Source: an uncultured Bdellovibrio sp.
GTDB lineage: Bacteria > Bdellovibrionota > Bdellovibrionia > Bdellovibrionales > Bdellovibrionaceae
NCBI GenBank assembly: GCA_963932905.1
Contig: CAWVRN010000001.1
Span: 288,001 to 352,000, forward strand
Reading direction: 5' to 3'
Length of the DNA stretch: 64,000 nucleotides
Shown: in pieces, positions 50,567-61,172 of the stretch
Layout: each line of letters begins with the position of its first letter
How positions within the stretch are numbered: the first letter of the stretch is position 1
Notes under the pieces: generated by a model
The model's input: only the letters and a program-made list of their open reading frames with translations
Told to the model about the DNA's origin: nothing
The model's database searches: none
Position numbers and translations under genes: made by a program

Positions 50567-50909
50567 GGGTCCCCGGTAAATAATTTTTTGCAGGCTTACC
50601 TGGTCCCCTGCAAATTAAATGTATTTAAGGGGATGGAAATTTTGCTGTTCCAAAAAGAGTGATCAAAGTAGCAGATTCAAGCCCCAGTTTATGAAATTGG
50701 CCAAATTTCGTGTCCAAATTGCTGGTCTCGGAATTGGTCAAGAAGGCTAGCGGCGGCTTTAAAAAGCTCTTTACCATGGACAAAAATACATGCGCGAATA
50801 GGATTGGATTTTGTTCAGAATTTATTCGTCGAGCTATGGTCAGACATTTTTGGCTTCAATAATGTGATACAAACTTTGAAATTATTTAAACAGAAAAAGA
50901 GGTTTTAAA

Positions 50910-51623
50910 ATGAAACGATTGATTGTCATATTTTGTCTAGTGTTCGCAGGTTTAACAGCTCATGGCGAGCAGGTAACTTTTGATGTATCAGGATATGCTC
51001 GCGATATAAACTATGCTGCAAGCAGCAGATCAATGGGTAAAAACTGGGTAAAAAAACAGGCAGAAGAAAATCTGAAAAGCAAAGCGAACAGTATTTGTGC
51101 GAGTCTTAAAAGCAAAACTGAAGATATTTATGATATTGATTTAAGTAGAGTGCAAAATGGCCACACTTATGAATACACAGCGAGCGGCAAAGTAAACTGT
51201 AATTTGAGTGCCGTTGGTTCGTGTTCCTTAAAAATTACTGATTCTAATAGTTTAGCAAATTACTCAGTTGGAGTTCAAATCTGTGAAAGCGCTAACTCAG
51301 AAAAGTTACTGGCTTGTTCGAAAGGATTTGTAAATCGACCTGCTCAGCCAATGACGAGAGACGAAGCACTAATTAAATTATTTATAAATTCATCTAATAC
51401 GGTAGGCGCCGAAGCAATCAAAGCGTGCGAAGTTGCAGTCTTAAGACGTGCGGATGTTATCTTTAAAGTACTTTTGCAAACAACTCTTGATGATTCTTAT
51501 GAGCTTTTGAGATTAGCAACAACATCAGTGGACAACCTTGGACTATCTGAAGCGAAAAAAATGATCGCTGATGTTTTAAGAAAAAATGGAGTCGCTGAAA
51601 AATATTTAATTGAATTGTTGTAA
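50910..51623 (+). CDS. Secreted hypothetical protein
   Basis: AGAGG RBS, signal peptide, several Cys. Confidence 0.8.
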   Translation: MKRLIVIFCLVFAGLTAHGEQVTFDVSGYARDINYAASSRSMGKNWVKKQAEENLKSKANSICASLKSKTEDIYDIDLSRVQNGHTYEYTASGKVNCNLSAVGSCSLKITDSNSLANYSVGVQICESANSEKLLACSKGFVNRPAQPMTRDEALIKLFINSSNTVGAEAIKACEVAVLRRADVIFKVLLQTTLDDSYELLRLATTSVDNLGLSEAKKMIADVLRKNGVAEKYLIELL

Positions 51624-52092
51624 AAATTTATTTGCTCTTGAAAGTCGCTGATATTTGGTAGCTTTTTCAAGTGAACCAAATTTGCGAATCTCATAAAGTT
51701 GGAAACGCTAACCTCTTTTGCAGATGAGAGTTTATATAGAGACAATCGTAGAACTCTGATGCAAGATAAAATCTACTCGGTGTCGGAAGTCAATTGTTGT
51801 TCAAAACCCACCGTTGTTGGTGAGTTATATTCTGAAATTTTAAAAAAGATTTACATAGTAGCAATACTGACAAATTTCTATTCAAATTGCCCGACCCTGC
51901 TTAAAACCGGAGAGACCACATTGTGTGATTAATTCTGTCACTTTGTATAAAGTTGAGACATGAGTTTTCCATACGTTCAGATTAAACCACACTCTATAAT
52001 GAGTCCTAAATTGCATTTCCATAACTTGTAGATTCACTCAGTTTGAAAATTGGGAAATTAATCCCCAAACTTTGAGCATTATCGGGAACCCT

Positions 52093-52581
52093 ATGAAAAA
52101 AAATATTATAATAGTATTTCTTCTTCCAATGGTATTGTTGGCAGACCCACAAGTGCAAGAACAAGCAACGATGATAGCGTCTTGCCGGGGAAAAACATTA
52201 AATATCTATTGCTATGACACTCCTGATTGTGGGGACGCCATTTTACTAAAACAACTTGCAATCACTCCTTTTAAAGAGGGTGGCATGCAGGTCCTGCCTC
52301 TTAATAGAGTTCTAGATTCTTTTGAAAGACGTTATAAAGCCCGTTATCAAGGAGCGTCACCGAAAAGTTTTGAAATTCCTAGAGCCACACCTCCAACAGT
52401 GGTCTATTACAATAAAGCGGACCTTGCTTGTGCAAACGCCATCGCCAAGGCGGCTTCCATGGTGTCAGAGGAATATCAAATACCATCTACAGGCCGAGTT
52501 TCTTTACCTGTAGTTCAAGCAAGCAAAAATTTAACACCTATGGCTGGGCATATCGAGCTCTGGTGGTCGAATGCAAAATAA
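52093..52581 (+). CDS. Secreted hypothetical protein
   Basis: Start MKKNIII; ends HIELWW. Confidence 0.65.
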   Translation: MKKNIIIVFLLPMVLLADPQVQEQATMIASCRGKTLNIYCYDTPDCGDAILLKQLAITPFKEGGMQVLPLNRVLDSFERRYKARYQGASPKSFEIPRATPPTVVYYNKADLACANAIAKAASMVSEEYQIPSTGRVSLPVVQASKNLTPMAGHIELWWSNAK

Positions 52582-52838
52582 CCTCAAAAGCTTCACTGGC
52601 AATACTCGCATCAATTTGAACTTTGAATAATTCTTCGGTCCTCGGGATTCTAACTTTAGATCGTCCTGCAGAAAATACGGCGGTATTTTTTTAACGCTTA
52701 GTTTTCGTTTTGAAATCGCATAAACTCTATAATGGAAAAACCAGAATAGTTATCTTCTCGAGGGGAACCATTAAGAAGAGAACCCTGTGCATTCGTTTAA
52801 CGATGTGTCAACTAAACCGGGGCGATGGGATCACAATA

Positions 52839-54572
52839 CTACCTTCTCCATATACTCGCCGGCAATGCGATTCGGGTCGCATCGCCACGACCGTCAGTAA
52901 ATCCCCAATTTGCGGTTGCAAATATATTGGCCCCGGAAAAATCCAAAGCTCCTGATCCTTCACTTCGATAATCGAAGTATTGGTTATAAGATGATCCCAA
53001 CCTAATAACTTTCGAACCTAAAGTTGTCGCATCTTGAATTGCCACTAAAAGATTCTGATTCTTCGCCCAGGTATTTGAAAATGATTCAACATTATAGGTA
53101 TTCATAAACAAAAATCCTTTTTTAGAGCGATCATATATTTTTCCGAAATGCATTCCAATCGACCATGATCCGCCATCTAACTCTGGATAACTTATGGCTT
53201 TAACGCCACAGGTGTAAGCATTTGCATAGCTATTTGGTATTAATGTACACTTTGCTGCGGCTGAACTTGAAATATCAACAGCTTCAATCCAGTCATTTCG
53301 ATTATTTTGAGAAACAAACATTTCTTCTCCATTTAATCCCCATGCCCATCCCGAATGAGACGCATCAGAACCTATTCGAACTGGATCTGAAAAATCTTTC
53401 AAGAACGCCTTTGGTCCATCTACCAACGTATTTACATTCGCAGTTTCTCCATATTGGGGATCCGTTGGCACATACTCAAAATGAATAACAACTCTCAAAC
53501 CAGAGGGCGACATTTCCACCATATTAGGCCGACGAATATGATTTACTGGAGCTGTTGGTGAATTAATAACTACGCAGGGGGCCTTTGTGTACCCAGAACA
53601 TGAAGGCTGCATTGTTGATAAAACTCTATTTTGAATACGATCATAAACAAAAAAGGCGTAAGGTAACCAAGTTCCACCTGTCCCGGAGTCCATCACTTGC
53701 CAAGCCCAATAACGTGAGTCATTCGAAGAGTCCCCTTCCACGTCATTCATGATCAACGCGTTAGGATACGAATTAGCCGGGAATTCAGAAGAGAAATCAT
53801 GAATTAATGCTGGTGGCGACAAAGTCAATTTCTGAGGATCTAGATCCATATAATAAAAACTCATGTTAACATTTTCATTTTTAAGCGCGTATGAGTTACC
53901 TATAGAATGGCCAACAAAATAGAATCGGTACGGATGATCGCAAGTGTAATTCCAACGAATTTCATTCACCTCACCCACACTTCGACCAGTTGATGGATCA
54001 GATGTTTTGTTAAATTTTATCGGAGCAATCATCTTGTTATCTGATACTCTATATATCCAAGCACTAGTGCTATTATCACCATGCACTAAAACAAACTCGC
54101 CTGTTATATTAGATGGAGTATACCTTGAATAAACAATAGCTGACAAAGAGCTCTTTTTATTTCCATAGTCGCCAATTAATTCACTTTTATCTGCAAATCG
54201 AGTGATCTTAAAGCCAGTTATAGGATCTGTGACAATTAAGCCTTTTGCGGGATATACGCCTTTATTCGGAATTGGAATGATTGACTTGTCATTAACTAAA
54301 GTCATTGGATCAGTTGAACCATATGGACTATTAATTGGTGTTAATGGCGAACACCCCACTTCAGATGTGTTGCTACCATTTGGTGGTGAAGTGACAGGAT
54401 TAACAGCAGGTAATTCAGAGATAGGATCTCGTTGTAAAATTGAACTACTCTCACTTACAAAGTGACCAGAACAATTTTGAAAACTAACTAATAAAACAAA
54501 AAATAGAGCAAAAGTAATAATTTTAAAAAAACTTAAATAACTACCTAATGGTTTCAAATTTCCACCCCTCAA
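52839..54572 (-). CDS. FQNC-type lipoprotein with probable beta-propeller
   Basis: LVSFQNCS signal end, P/S/N linker, TDPITGFKITRF, YSRY, SNDSRYWAW, HSGW. Confidence 0.8.
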   Translation of the reverse strand: MRGGNLKPLGSYLSFFKIITFALFFVLLVSFQNCSGHFVSESSSILQRDPISELPAVNPVTSPPNGSNTSEVGCSPLTPINSPYGSTDPMTLVNDKSIIPIPNKGVYPAKGLIVTDPITGFKITRFADKSELIGDYGNKKSSLSAIVYSRYTPSNITGEFVLVHGDNSTSAWIYRVSDNKMIAPIKFNKTSDPSTGRSVGEVNEIRWNYTCDHPYRFYFVGHSIGNSYALKNENVNMSFYYMDLDPQKLTLSPPALIHDFSSEFPANSYPNALIMNDVEGDSSNDSRYWAWQVMDSGTGGTWLPYAFFVYDRIQNRVLSTMQPSCSGYTKAPCVVINSPTAPVNHIRRPNMVEMSPSGLRVVIHFEYVPTDPQYGETANVNTLVDGPKAFLKDFSDPVRIGSDASHSGWAWGLNGEEMFVSQNNRNDWIEAVDISSSAAAKCTLIPNSYANAYTCGVKAISYPELDGGSWSIGMHFGKIYDRSKKGFLFMNTYNVESFSNTWAKNQNLLVAIQDATTLGSKVIRLGSSYNQYFDYRSEGSGALDFSGANIFATANWGFTDGRGDATRIALPASIWRR

Positions 54573-54789
54573 GACCTATACTATACTACAAGGGTAGGAT
54601 TTAGAAATAGGAAAGAAGTTCCCTAGTCAAAATGATACCCGCAAATTTTAAATACACCTATTTCAGATTGGTTCCTATTTAGAGGTCATAAATACTAGCC
54701 ATGTCCTTTTTGGACACACAAAAAATAGTTTACTTATACTTCTATTTCCTATTAGCTTGTAACAACGGCAAACATTTCCTGGATATTGA

Positions 54790-55584
54790 ATGATGTTAGA
54801 AAATAATTTTCGTAATTATCTTTTTCTTGAACTAAATAAAAGAAAGCAGAATAACTATAGATACTCTTTACGACAGTTTGCAAAATATTTGGGATTAGAG
54901 CCATCATTTCTATCTAAACTTTTGCGTGGAGACCGCAAGTGCACCTTAAATCAAATTGATAAACTTGGCAAAAAACTAGGACTTACCGTGCAAGAAATTG
55001 ATTTTTACAAAGTAAACTCAATTAAAAAAACAGAATATTTAGAAAGGAAAAACAAACGTAAACCTGCCAAGTTCTATAGAATTCCTTTCGACTCAGTGCC
55101 GTTAATTGCAGGCTGGCATTTTTTCGCGATCTTAGAATTATATAGCATGCCCGACGTGGAAATGACTAAAAATCAAATTAGTAGATTTTTTAATATTTCA
55201 GAATTAGAGGCGGAAAACGCTATTCTACATTTAGTCAAACTTGGTCTGCTTGAGGCTAACAATAAAAATAAATTTTATCTAAAAAATGCAAATACCACAA
55301 TTGACCAGCGTCCTTTTACCACAAAAGAACTCAGACAAATCCAAAAACAGTTTTTGCTCAAAAGTATAGACTCACTAGAACAGGATCCCATTGATATTCG
55401 CGATCACTCGGGAATTACACTTGCAATTTCTTCGTCAAAAATTTCTGAAGCTAAAAAACTTATTAAAAACTTTAGGAGACGTTTTATGTCTTTAATGCAA
55501 AATGTTGACCCCAAAGATAGAATATATCAGCTTTCCGTCTCCTTTTATCCTATCTCAAACTTTTTAAGTAGAGGCTCTAAATAG
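54790..55584 (+). CDS. TIGR02147 family protein (Cro/C1 HTH + DUF4423)
   Basis: NYRYSLRQFAKYLGL..S.LS.LLRG.R, WHFFAILEL, RDHSGIT, KKLIKNFRR, YQLSVSFYP. Confidence 0.9.
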   Translation: MMLENNFRNYLFLELNKRKQNNYRYSLRQFAKYLGLEPSFLSKLLRGDRKCTLNQIDKLGKKLGLTVQEIDFYKVNSIKKTEYLERKNKRKPAKFYRIPFDSVPLIAGWHFFAILELYSMPDVEMTKNQISRFFNISELEAENAILHLVKLGLLEANNKNKFYLKNANTTIDQRPFTTKELRQIQKQFLLKSIDSLEQDPIDIRDHSGITLAISSSKISEAKKLIKNFRRRFMSLMQNVDPKDRIYQLSVSFYPISNFLSRGSK

Positions 55585-56424
55585 ATGAAAACATTTTTTC
55601 TTTTTACCATTTTGATTGCTATTTCATTAAAAGCCGGACAAGAAACATGGGGTGGCGACTTTTCTTCGCTTAAGTTCGTAAAAGCTGGAAGAATTTTTGC
55701 CGTCGAAATTCAAAGTACTGCCGATTGTGGGTTGAAAAATATAATTTCGGCGAACAGGTTGCTTGCGACCATTGATAGCACCGAGGTAGAATCTAGTGAT
55801 TCAGAAATAAGTGATTCAAAAGGCCATATCTATTTCCACAAACTAAAATGGGAAGCCGTGACTCAAGAAATGAAGAACGAAGTGGTTCTTCAAAAGTACT
55901 TAGCTCAAGCCGATATCAAAATCTCAGAAAATAAAGCTATTGAATTGGCGAAAACTTGCCGCAAGTCACCCTATTGGTTAAGAAACTCTATTTTATCTCG
56001 TATTAATCGAGTAATTTCAGATGTTGAGCTAAAGGACGACATTCAACATATTTCGCAATTGCTTTTAACTGATTTGAAAAATAAGAAAGTAAAAAATCTT
56101 CCTCCAAAGTTCTCTATTAAGTCCCTCGAAGACGCTATAAACACTATCAAATTACCGAAAAAAAATAATCAGAATTTAATATTGGATTCGAAACCTGTTT
56201 CCTTTCGTTTCCAACATGGAATGCTTAAGGATGGAAAGAACACGAAAGGCCCATTTTATAGAGAAATTACCATCAATAAATCCGTTTGGGCTCATCAAAG
56301 TATAGGACAAAAAAAAGAGTTCCTGTTTCATGAGTATCTTGGACTTTTAAATTTCCGTGATTCCAATTATCAATATTCATCCGTTTTATTTTTTGATTTA
56401 GATGAGGATGACTATAAAAAATAG
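55585..56424 (+). CDS. Secreted protein with GGD N-motif and C-terminal HE motif
   Basis: Signal peptide then GQETWGGD; FHEYLGLL..RDSNYQYS; starts directly after the regulator's stop. Confidence 0.75.
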   Translation: MKTFFLFTILIAISLKAGQETWGGDFSSLKFVKAGRIFAVEIQSTADCGLKNIISANRLLATIDSTEVESSDSEISDSKGHIYFHKLKWEAVTQEMKNEVVLQKYLAQADIKISENKAIELAKTCRKSPYWLRNSILSRINRVISDVELKDDIQHISQLLLTDLKNKKVKNLPPKFSIKSLEDAINTIKLPKKNNQNLILDSKPVSFRFQHGMLKDGKNTKGPFYREITINKSVWAHQSIGQKKEFLFHEYLGLLNFRDSNYQYSSVLFFDLDEDDYKK

Positions 56425-57076
56425 ATCATTATTTTTAAGTATATTTCTATTAGTTTTAATTCAATTTTTGTTTTTATATTTATTCCATGAAAAAAAGATG
56501 GAAAATTGGATTAAAGTAGTTACAAATAATTCGGACCTGCCAATTGATCTCAAATCAGAAGTATTTAGAGCGCTCTTTATTTTGATTAAAGAAGATAGCA
56601 ATCTAAACGTCTCCAAAGAACTTTGCACCAATAGAAAAATGATTCAAAATTTGTTTCAGCTACAACGGATTCCTAAATCTTTATCCGCAATTCCTTATGT
56701 TGAGACAAAATATAGAAACTTAAGTGGAAAAGAAAATGCCGGAATTTGGAATTTTGATATCTATACTTCTCAGATGTATGGGTTGGCTGTGGACAATAGA
56801 ATAGATGAACGGTTGGATTTGAAAAAATCTTCCGAGGTTGCTGTTAAATATCTAAATACGCTTTATGAACTTTTCAAAAATTGGAATTTAGTTATCTTGG
56901 CTTACCGATATGGCGAGGGTCAAATACTTCAACTAGTGCGTAATTACCCGAATCTAGATGCGTGGGAAATCGAATCAAAAATCGGAATGGAAGATAGTTA
57001 TCTTGGACGGGTGCTTGCAGCGATCATTTTCCTTGAAAATATAGAATGTGAACGAGTTAAGGCGAGACCCCACTAG
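56402..57076 (+). CDS. Lytic transglycosylase, MltD-like catalytic domain without LysM
   Basis: IPYVET, NAGIWNF, YGL, IDERLD, KYL..LY..F.NW.L...AY..GEG. Confidence 0.85.
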   Translation: MRMTIKNRSLFLSIFLLVLIQFLFLYLFHEKKMENWIKVVTNNSDLPIDLKSEVFRALFILIKEDSNLNVSKELCTNRKMIQNLFQLQRIPKSLSAIPYVETKYRNLSGKENAGIWNFDIYTSQMYGLAVDNRIDERLDLKKSSEVAVKYLNTLYELFKNWNLVILAYRYGEGQILQLVRNYPNLDAWEIESKIGMEDSYLGRVLAAIIFLENIECERVKARPH

Positions 57077-58835
57077 CTCCGATATCCCATGGGCTACTTC
57101 TTGTGATTCCTTGGATATCTGAAATAAAAGCAAAATTAGCATCTGCTGATAGATCGACACCGCGACCCTTAGCTGAAACATCCGTCAATCTCAATCGGTA
57201 GTCGTCAGAAGACGCATTCATAAAATGAACACTAGCACTAACAACGTCGTTTGTACTCGAAGAAGAAAAATAAGTGAAGACTGTATTAGCAAGATTATAA
57301 TCTCCTACGAATGAATCATAGTAGGAATAGGCGTTAGCAGTCGCCCCTTGAACGATATTATTTTTGGCAATAGCAGGTCCGTAAAAAATCACTCCTTCAT
57401 TGGCAGTCAAAATCGTATTGTTATAAAACACTGTCGTAGAATTTAAAACAAGAGTAGTACCGGGATTCGATGCATTATTAACCCCATAGAAGATGCTATT
57501 AGAAATAAAATTTCTAAAATTTATGTTTCCCCCACTATTGACATATATGGCATTGATTGCACCGCCTATAAAAGTAGAAACAGTCCGAGTAACTATGCAT
57601 GAATCGAAATAGAATGTTCCTGCTGCTGTACTAGCCGCAACCCGAACCACTTCAACTCCGGAATCGATTCCTTGAGAAATCTTAATACCTTCAACACGTA
57701 CATCTTCAGAATTAACATTTAGAGTCGGGTAATACGACGAAGTTGTATTACTCAGTTCATAACCTCCGCTTGCCCAAAAACCTTGATGCCGCTGACTTTG
57801 TCCAGCCTCAAATAAATTATTCGGAGCAAAAATTTTAATATAATGAGAATTGTTAGTAACCCAATTGGCTAGATCTACGTTAGTGTTATCAGTAGCGTCA
57901 GCGTAGCCAGCAAAATTGTAAATTAGGTTGCCTGCCACTAAATCCGTCCCCGTAGTTCGAGTGTCAAAGTTAGCAAGCGAAGCACAACTTAAATTACATG
58001 ACGCACCGGAAAGGATACCCGTATTCTCGGTTCCACTTTGAGCATCACTTAATGATGTATAGGCGCGATAAACCTTCCACGTCAGGCTAGGAGCAGTAGT
58101 TCCGATGGCGGATCCTCCATTGGAAGTTTGTAGATAGAACCTATTGCTATCTAATCGTACTGAAATAAACCCTATAGCGTCGTAAAGCCCGTCGTTATCT
58201 GAATCGTATTGAACAACATCACCAACACCGATGTTACTAGGCAAATTTTCTTGAAATGAAGCAATGGAGTTTTGAATAGAAATACTAGTTATTCCTCCAC
58301 TAGCCAACGCTGATATGTTCGATGGCCCAATAGATCTAAATACTGAGATAGGTCCATTATCATTATCCAATATTTTAATAGCGTGCGACGCTATACCTAG
58401 GACTTCATTCGTACTAGAGTTAAGTGTTAAGATAAGTTCTTCCCAAGGTTCTATATCGGAATCATCTACAATTTGAATTGATATCTGTGCTGCTAAATGT
58501 CCGGCAGGTATCACGATCGGGCTCGATAGGCTTGCTATTACATCCCCTGGAGTTCCGGCAGATCCCTTTGTAGAAAGATCAACACTTACATCGACGTCAC
58601 TAATTTGGGAAAGACTGACCTGCACAATGGTGGTGCCACTTGCTTCGTTTACGACCTGTGCAATGTTTGAAAAACTAACCGTAGGCTTTGAAGGAGTTGG
58701 AGTATTCGAACCTGGAGGAAGTTCCCTAGATGTTACATGGGTGGGATTAAGTCGCTCAATACGCGCATCTAAGAAACACCCGGACAATAGACTCAATAAC
58801 ACTATTTGAAGAATTATATACCCGTATCGAATCAT
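57057..58835 (-). CDS. Surface lipoprotein: Calx-beta domain + beta-helix + DIGA-type C-terminus
   Basis: LSGC lipobox; VNEASG...IVDDSDIEPWEELILTL...ILDND; NNTI/KNNI repeats; DIQGITRSSPWDIGA. Confidence 0.8.
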   Translation of the reverse strand: MIRYGYIILQIVLLSLLSGCFLDARIERLNPTHVTSRELPPGSNTPTPSKPTVSFSNIAQVVNEASGTTIVQVSLSQISDVDVSVDLSTKGSAGTPGDVIASLSSPIVIPAGHLAAQISIQIVDDSDIEPWEELILTLNSSTNEVLGIASHAIKILDNDNGPISVFRSIGPSNISALASGGITSISIQNSIASFQENLPSNIGVGDVVQYDSDNDGLYDAIGFISVRLDSNRFYLQTSNGGSAIGTTAPSLTWKVYRAYTSLSDAQSGTENTGILSGASCNLSCASLANFDTRTTGTDLVAGNLIYNFAGYADATDNTNVDLANWVTNNSHYIKIFAPNNLFEAGQSQRHQGFWASGGYELSNTTSSYYPTLNVNSEDVRVEGIKISQGIDSGVEVVRVAASTAAGTFYFDSCIVTRTVSTFIGGAINAIYVNSGGNINFRNFISNSIFYGVNNASNPGTTLVLNSTTVFYNNTILTANEGVIFYGPAIAKNNIVQGATANAYSYYDSFVGDYNLANTVFTYFSSSSTNDVVSASVHFMNASSDDYRLRLTDVSAKGRGVDLSADANFAFISDIQGITRSSPWDIGASGVSP

Positions 58836-59201
58836 CAATTTAATTTCGGAAGTTTTGTCAAAAAATAAATAGTTTCCCAATTTTTTATGTGTCCAAAACT
58901 ATTTTTGCAAAAAGTACACAGGCCTTTAGATTGCTCAATCAAAATTTTATAGATAAGTGCAACGAATAGGGCTCGATTCACTGCTGAAAGTAGAGAGATT
59001 CGATAGAGCCAAACCACATGTAGGGTTTAGAACCAAGAACTCCAAGATGACTTTAATTGCTTTTCGAGGAAATATTTTAGTGGATTCTATTTTACTTTCC
59101 ATAAATGACTTTCTCTAGCGCACTTGCTAGATGTTTAAATTAATACAAAATTACTTTTGATTTATTTTTTTTGATCTTTTGAAATCTACAGTGGTCAACA
59201 T

Positions 59202-59522
59202 TTGAGTAAATGTATGAGCCGAAATAGAACCCTTTTGATAAGCTTTTATCGTTTTGTCCTGAAGATCCAAGGCGGCATCTGTAAAGGTTACGCTAAAGAC
59301 TATCGCGACAGTACGTTAAGGGGAGTTTTGAATAGATCAGAAATTTTGTTTCCTTTAGCAGATGACCCGACATTTTTTTCAGATCCCAACGGAACTATTG
59401 AATGGCTAAATACACTACCAGACCCAGATAAATTGGAAGGATTTAGGTGGGGACTGAAACATCAGTTTTTTACTTCGAAAAAAAAATCAGCAAGACAATC
59501 GGCCTATTATTTCAGAAAATGA
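59202..59522 (+). pseudogene. Probable remnant of a Y1 (IS200/RAYT-like) transposase C-terminal region
   Basis: GIC...KDY..STLRG.L...PL..D..FF.DP..TIEWLN..P...RWGLK resembles, from memory, tails of Bdellovibrio Y1 transposases; no HUH or catalytic Tyr present; GGGACCTGGCACC follows at 59541-59553. Confidence 0.45.
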
Positions 59523-59606
59523 CTTGTTGTAGCAAGAAATGGGACCTGGCACCCTGGCCAAAATTTTATTTTGTTTAGATTGGAACTCAATTTAGTATTT
59601 ATAAAT

Positions 59607-60281
59607 ATGATAATCGAATCGGATAAGAAAAAAGGCAATTTAATCGCGGTTGTTTTGTTGGTCATTGGTTTAATTTTTTTATTTCTGACCGCTAAAGTGG
59701 AAGAACCAGATAGAAATCAACGAGCTGCATTTTTCCTGGGCTTACTGTTGTCGTCGATCAGCGGCTTAGCGTTGATCAATCAAGACGAACGTAAAACAGA
59801 AATCCAATCTGATACGAAGCGAGTAATTTTTAAACGCAAAAGTTTTTTTACTGGCGAAGAAATTAGAGTTGTACCTTTTGATCAGATTCAAAAGGTGGGC
59901 GTAACCGGTGTTGGTCGCCGAGGCCCCGTAGATTCGCGATCCTATTTTATATATATCACCGTAAGGAACGGAAACACGATTCGGACCGGCTATTCCTCTT
60001 TTGATGAATACGGCACAAAAGAGTTAGCCGCCGAAATGGCGAATCTAATTGGATGTGAACATAGTCCAACTCCCATTGCTCCAATGGATAGTGAGCTTAT
60101 TGAAAACGCGATTTTCGCTGCGATTATCGCGGCGGTTACTTGGGCATTTTTCTATCGTTATAAGGTAGGTCCTTGGTGTGCGGCCATGTGGTTTGGAACG
60201 GGACCAGCGTTGTTCATGTTAACCGTTTTTTGGGCCGCCTACTACTTGCTACTACTTTTGCGCCGAAAGTATAAATATTAA
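59607..60281 (+). CDS. Hypothetical membrane protein (4 TM)
   Basis: Two TM pairs flanking a soluble PH-like segment; likely start MIIES. Confidence 0.75.
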   Translation: MIIESDKKKGNLIAVVLLVIGLIFLFLTAKVEEPDRNQRAAFFLGLLLSSISGLALINQDERKTEIQSDTKRVIFKRKSFFTGEEIRVVPFDQIQKVGVTGVGRRGPVDSRSYFIYITVRNGNTIRTGYSSFDEYGTKELAAEMANLIGCEHSPTPIAPMDSELIENAIFAAIIAAVTWAFFYRYKVGPWCAAMWFGTGPALFMLTVFWAAYYLLLLLRRKYKY

Positions 60282-60342
60282 TCGGAAACCGTCTTCATCC
60301 AAATCATAGTTTGCAGTGTATTTATTTTACGTCCCAGATCGC

Positions 60343-60625
60343 GAGGATAGGCAGTTCAAAGGCCGAATCGTTAAAGTCTAACATCTATGTTGGCCTTCAT
60401 TGTTGTTAAAGTTGTGTGATTGGAATGGGTCGTTGGCAAGGAATTTCACTAATTTTTGAAATTTGTGACGTACTTTTGATTTACCACGGTTGTTTTTGTT
60501 GGTCCACGGGCTGGATAAAGTGGCGGCGGTTTAGTGGCAAGGTCCATATGCTTAAGGATTTTTCGAATCACTTTGGGAGCTTCGATGGCGGCAATGATTT
60601 TCATGTTTCCAGAACATGATTGCCA
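60343..60625 (-). mobile_element. IS91/ISCR-family remnant: transposase C-terminus plus oriIS end
   Basis: Minus strand 60616-60449 reads CSGNMKIIAAIEAPKVIRKILKHMDLATKPPPLYPARGP; downstream GCCTTTGAACTGCCTATCCTC (60363-60343) resembles ISCR oriIS. Confidence 0.8.
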
Positions 60626-60676
60626 TTGTTGTTCTACCTGTACCTATGGACAAAAAAATGGACTCATGGACAAGGG

Positions 60677-60946
60677 TCACGTTACAGAATGTTTGGATTT
60701 TAGAGTTTGGTAGCACAAGTCGCATATAATCTGAAGTTCATGGAATTTTTCAAACTCCACAGTGAGGCCTTTCTCTTTAAGGTACATCACTTCACATTGC
60801 TCGCACCATGCCTGAAGATCATTTGGATCATCATTGTTTTCTATGAAACCAACAATCTTGTCTTGCGCCTGTACAAGATGGGAACAAACCGCGCAGCCTA
60901 ATCTTTTGCCATGTGTTCCACAAACAATAATCAATTTAGAATTCAT
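60677..60946 (-). CDS. Small Cys/His-rich (putative Zn-binding) protein
   Basis: GAGGGG RBS before MNSK; CGTHG, VCSHL, AWCEQCE, ICDLCY. Confidence 0.75.
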   Translation of the reverse strand: MNSKLIIVCGTHGKRLGCAVCSHLVQAQDKIVGFIENNDDPNDLQAWCEQCEVMYLKEKGLTVEFEKFHELQIICDLCYQTLKSKHSVT

Positions 60947-61172
60947 TACTATTGCCCCTCTCAATAGAAGTATCCCATGTTTTAGACTTAGTTCAACACT
61001 CCAATCTCCGAGAACCGGAGGCATTTTTATGACGCGTTTTGCGACCGACGTGGCTTGTTCTTTAAACTCTTTTTGAGTTAATATTATTGAACTGCAACAC
61101 GAGAACATTGGGTTATGATGCAGCACCCATTTATCAATAGGAAAAATAAATGTTAAATATTTGGAAGTTTTA

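Noticed and set aside
51497..51932. Short ORFs 51497..51745 and 51699..51932
   Set aside because: No RBS or motifs; could be decayed sequence but cannot be supported.
59526..59539. 14-bp match GTTGTAGCAAGAAA to the B arm at 61926-61939
   Set aside because: Single copy with no core or GAAAT triplet; chance or heavy erosion cannot be told apart.
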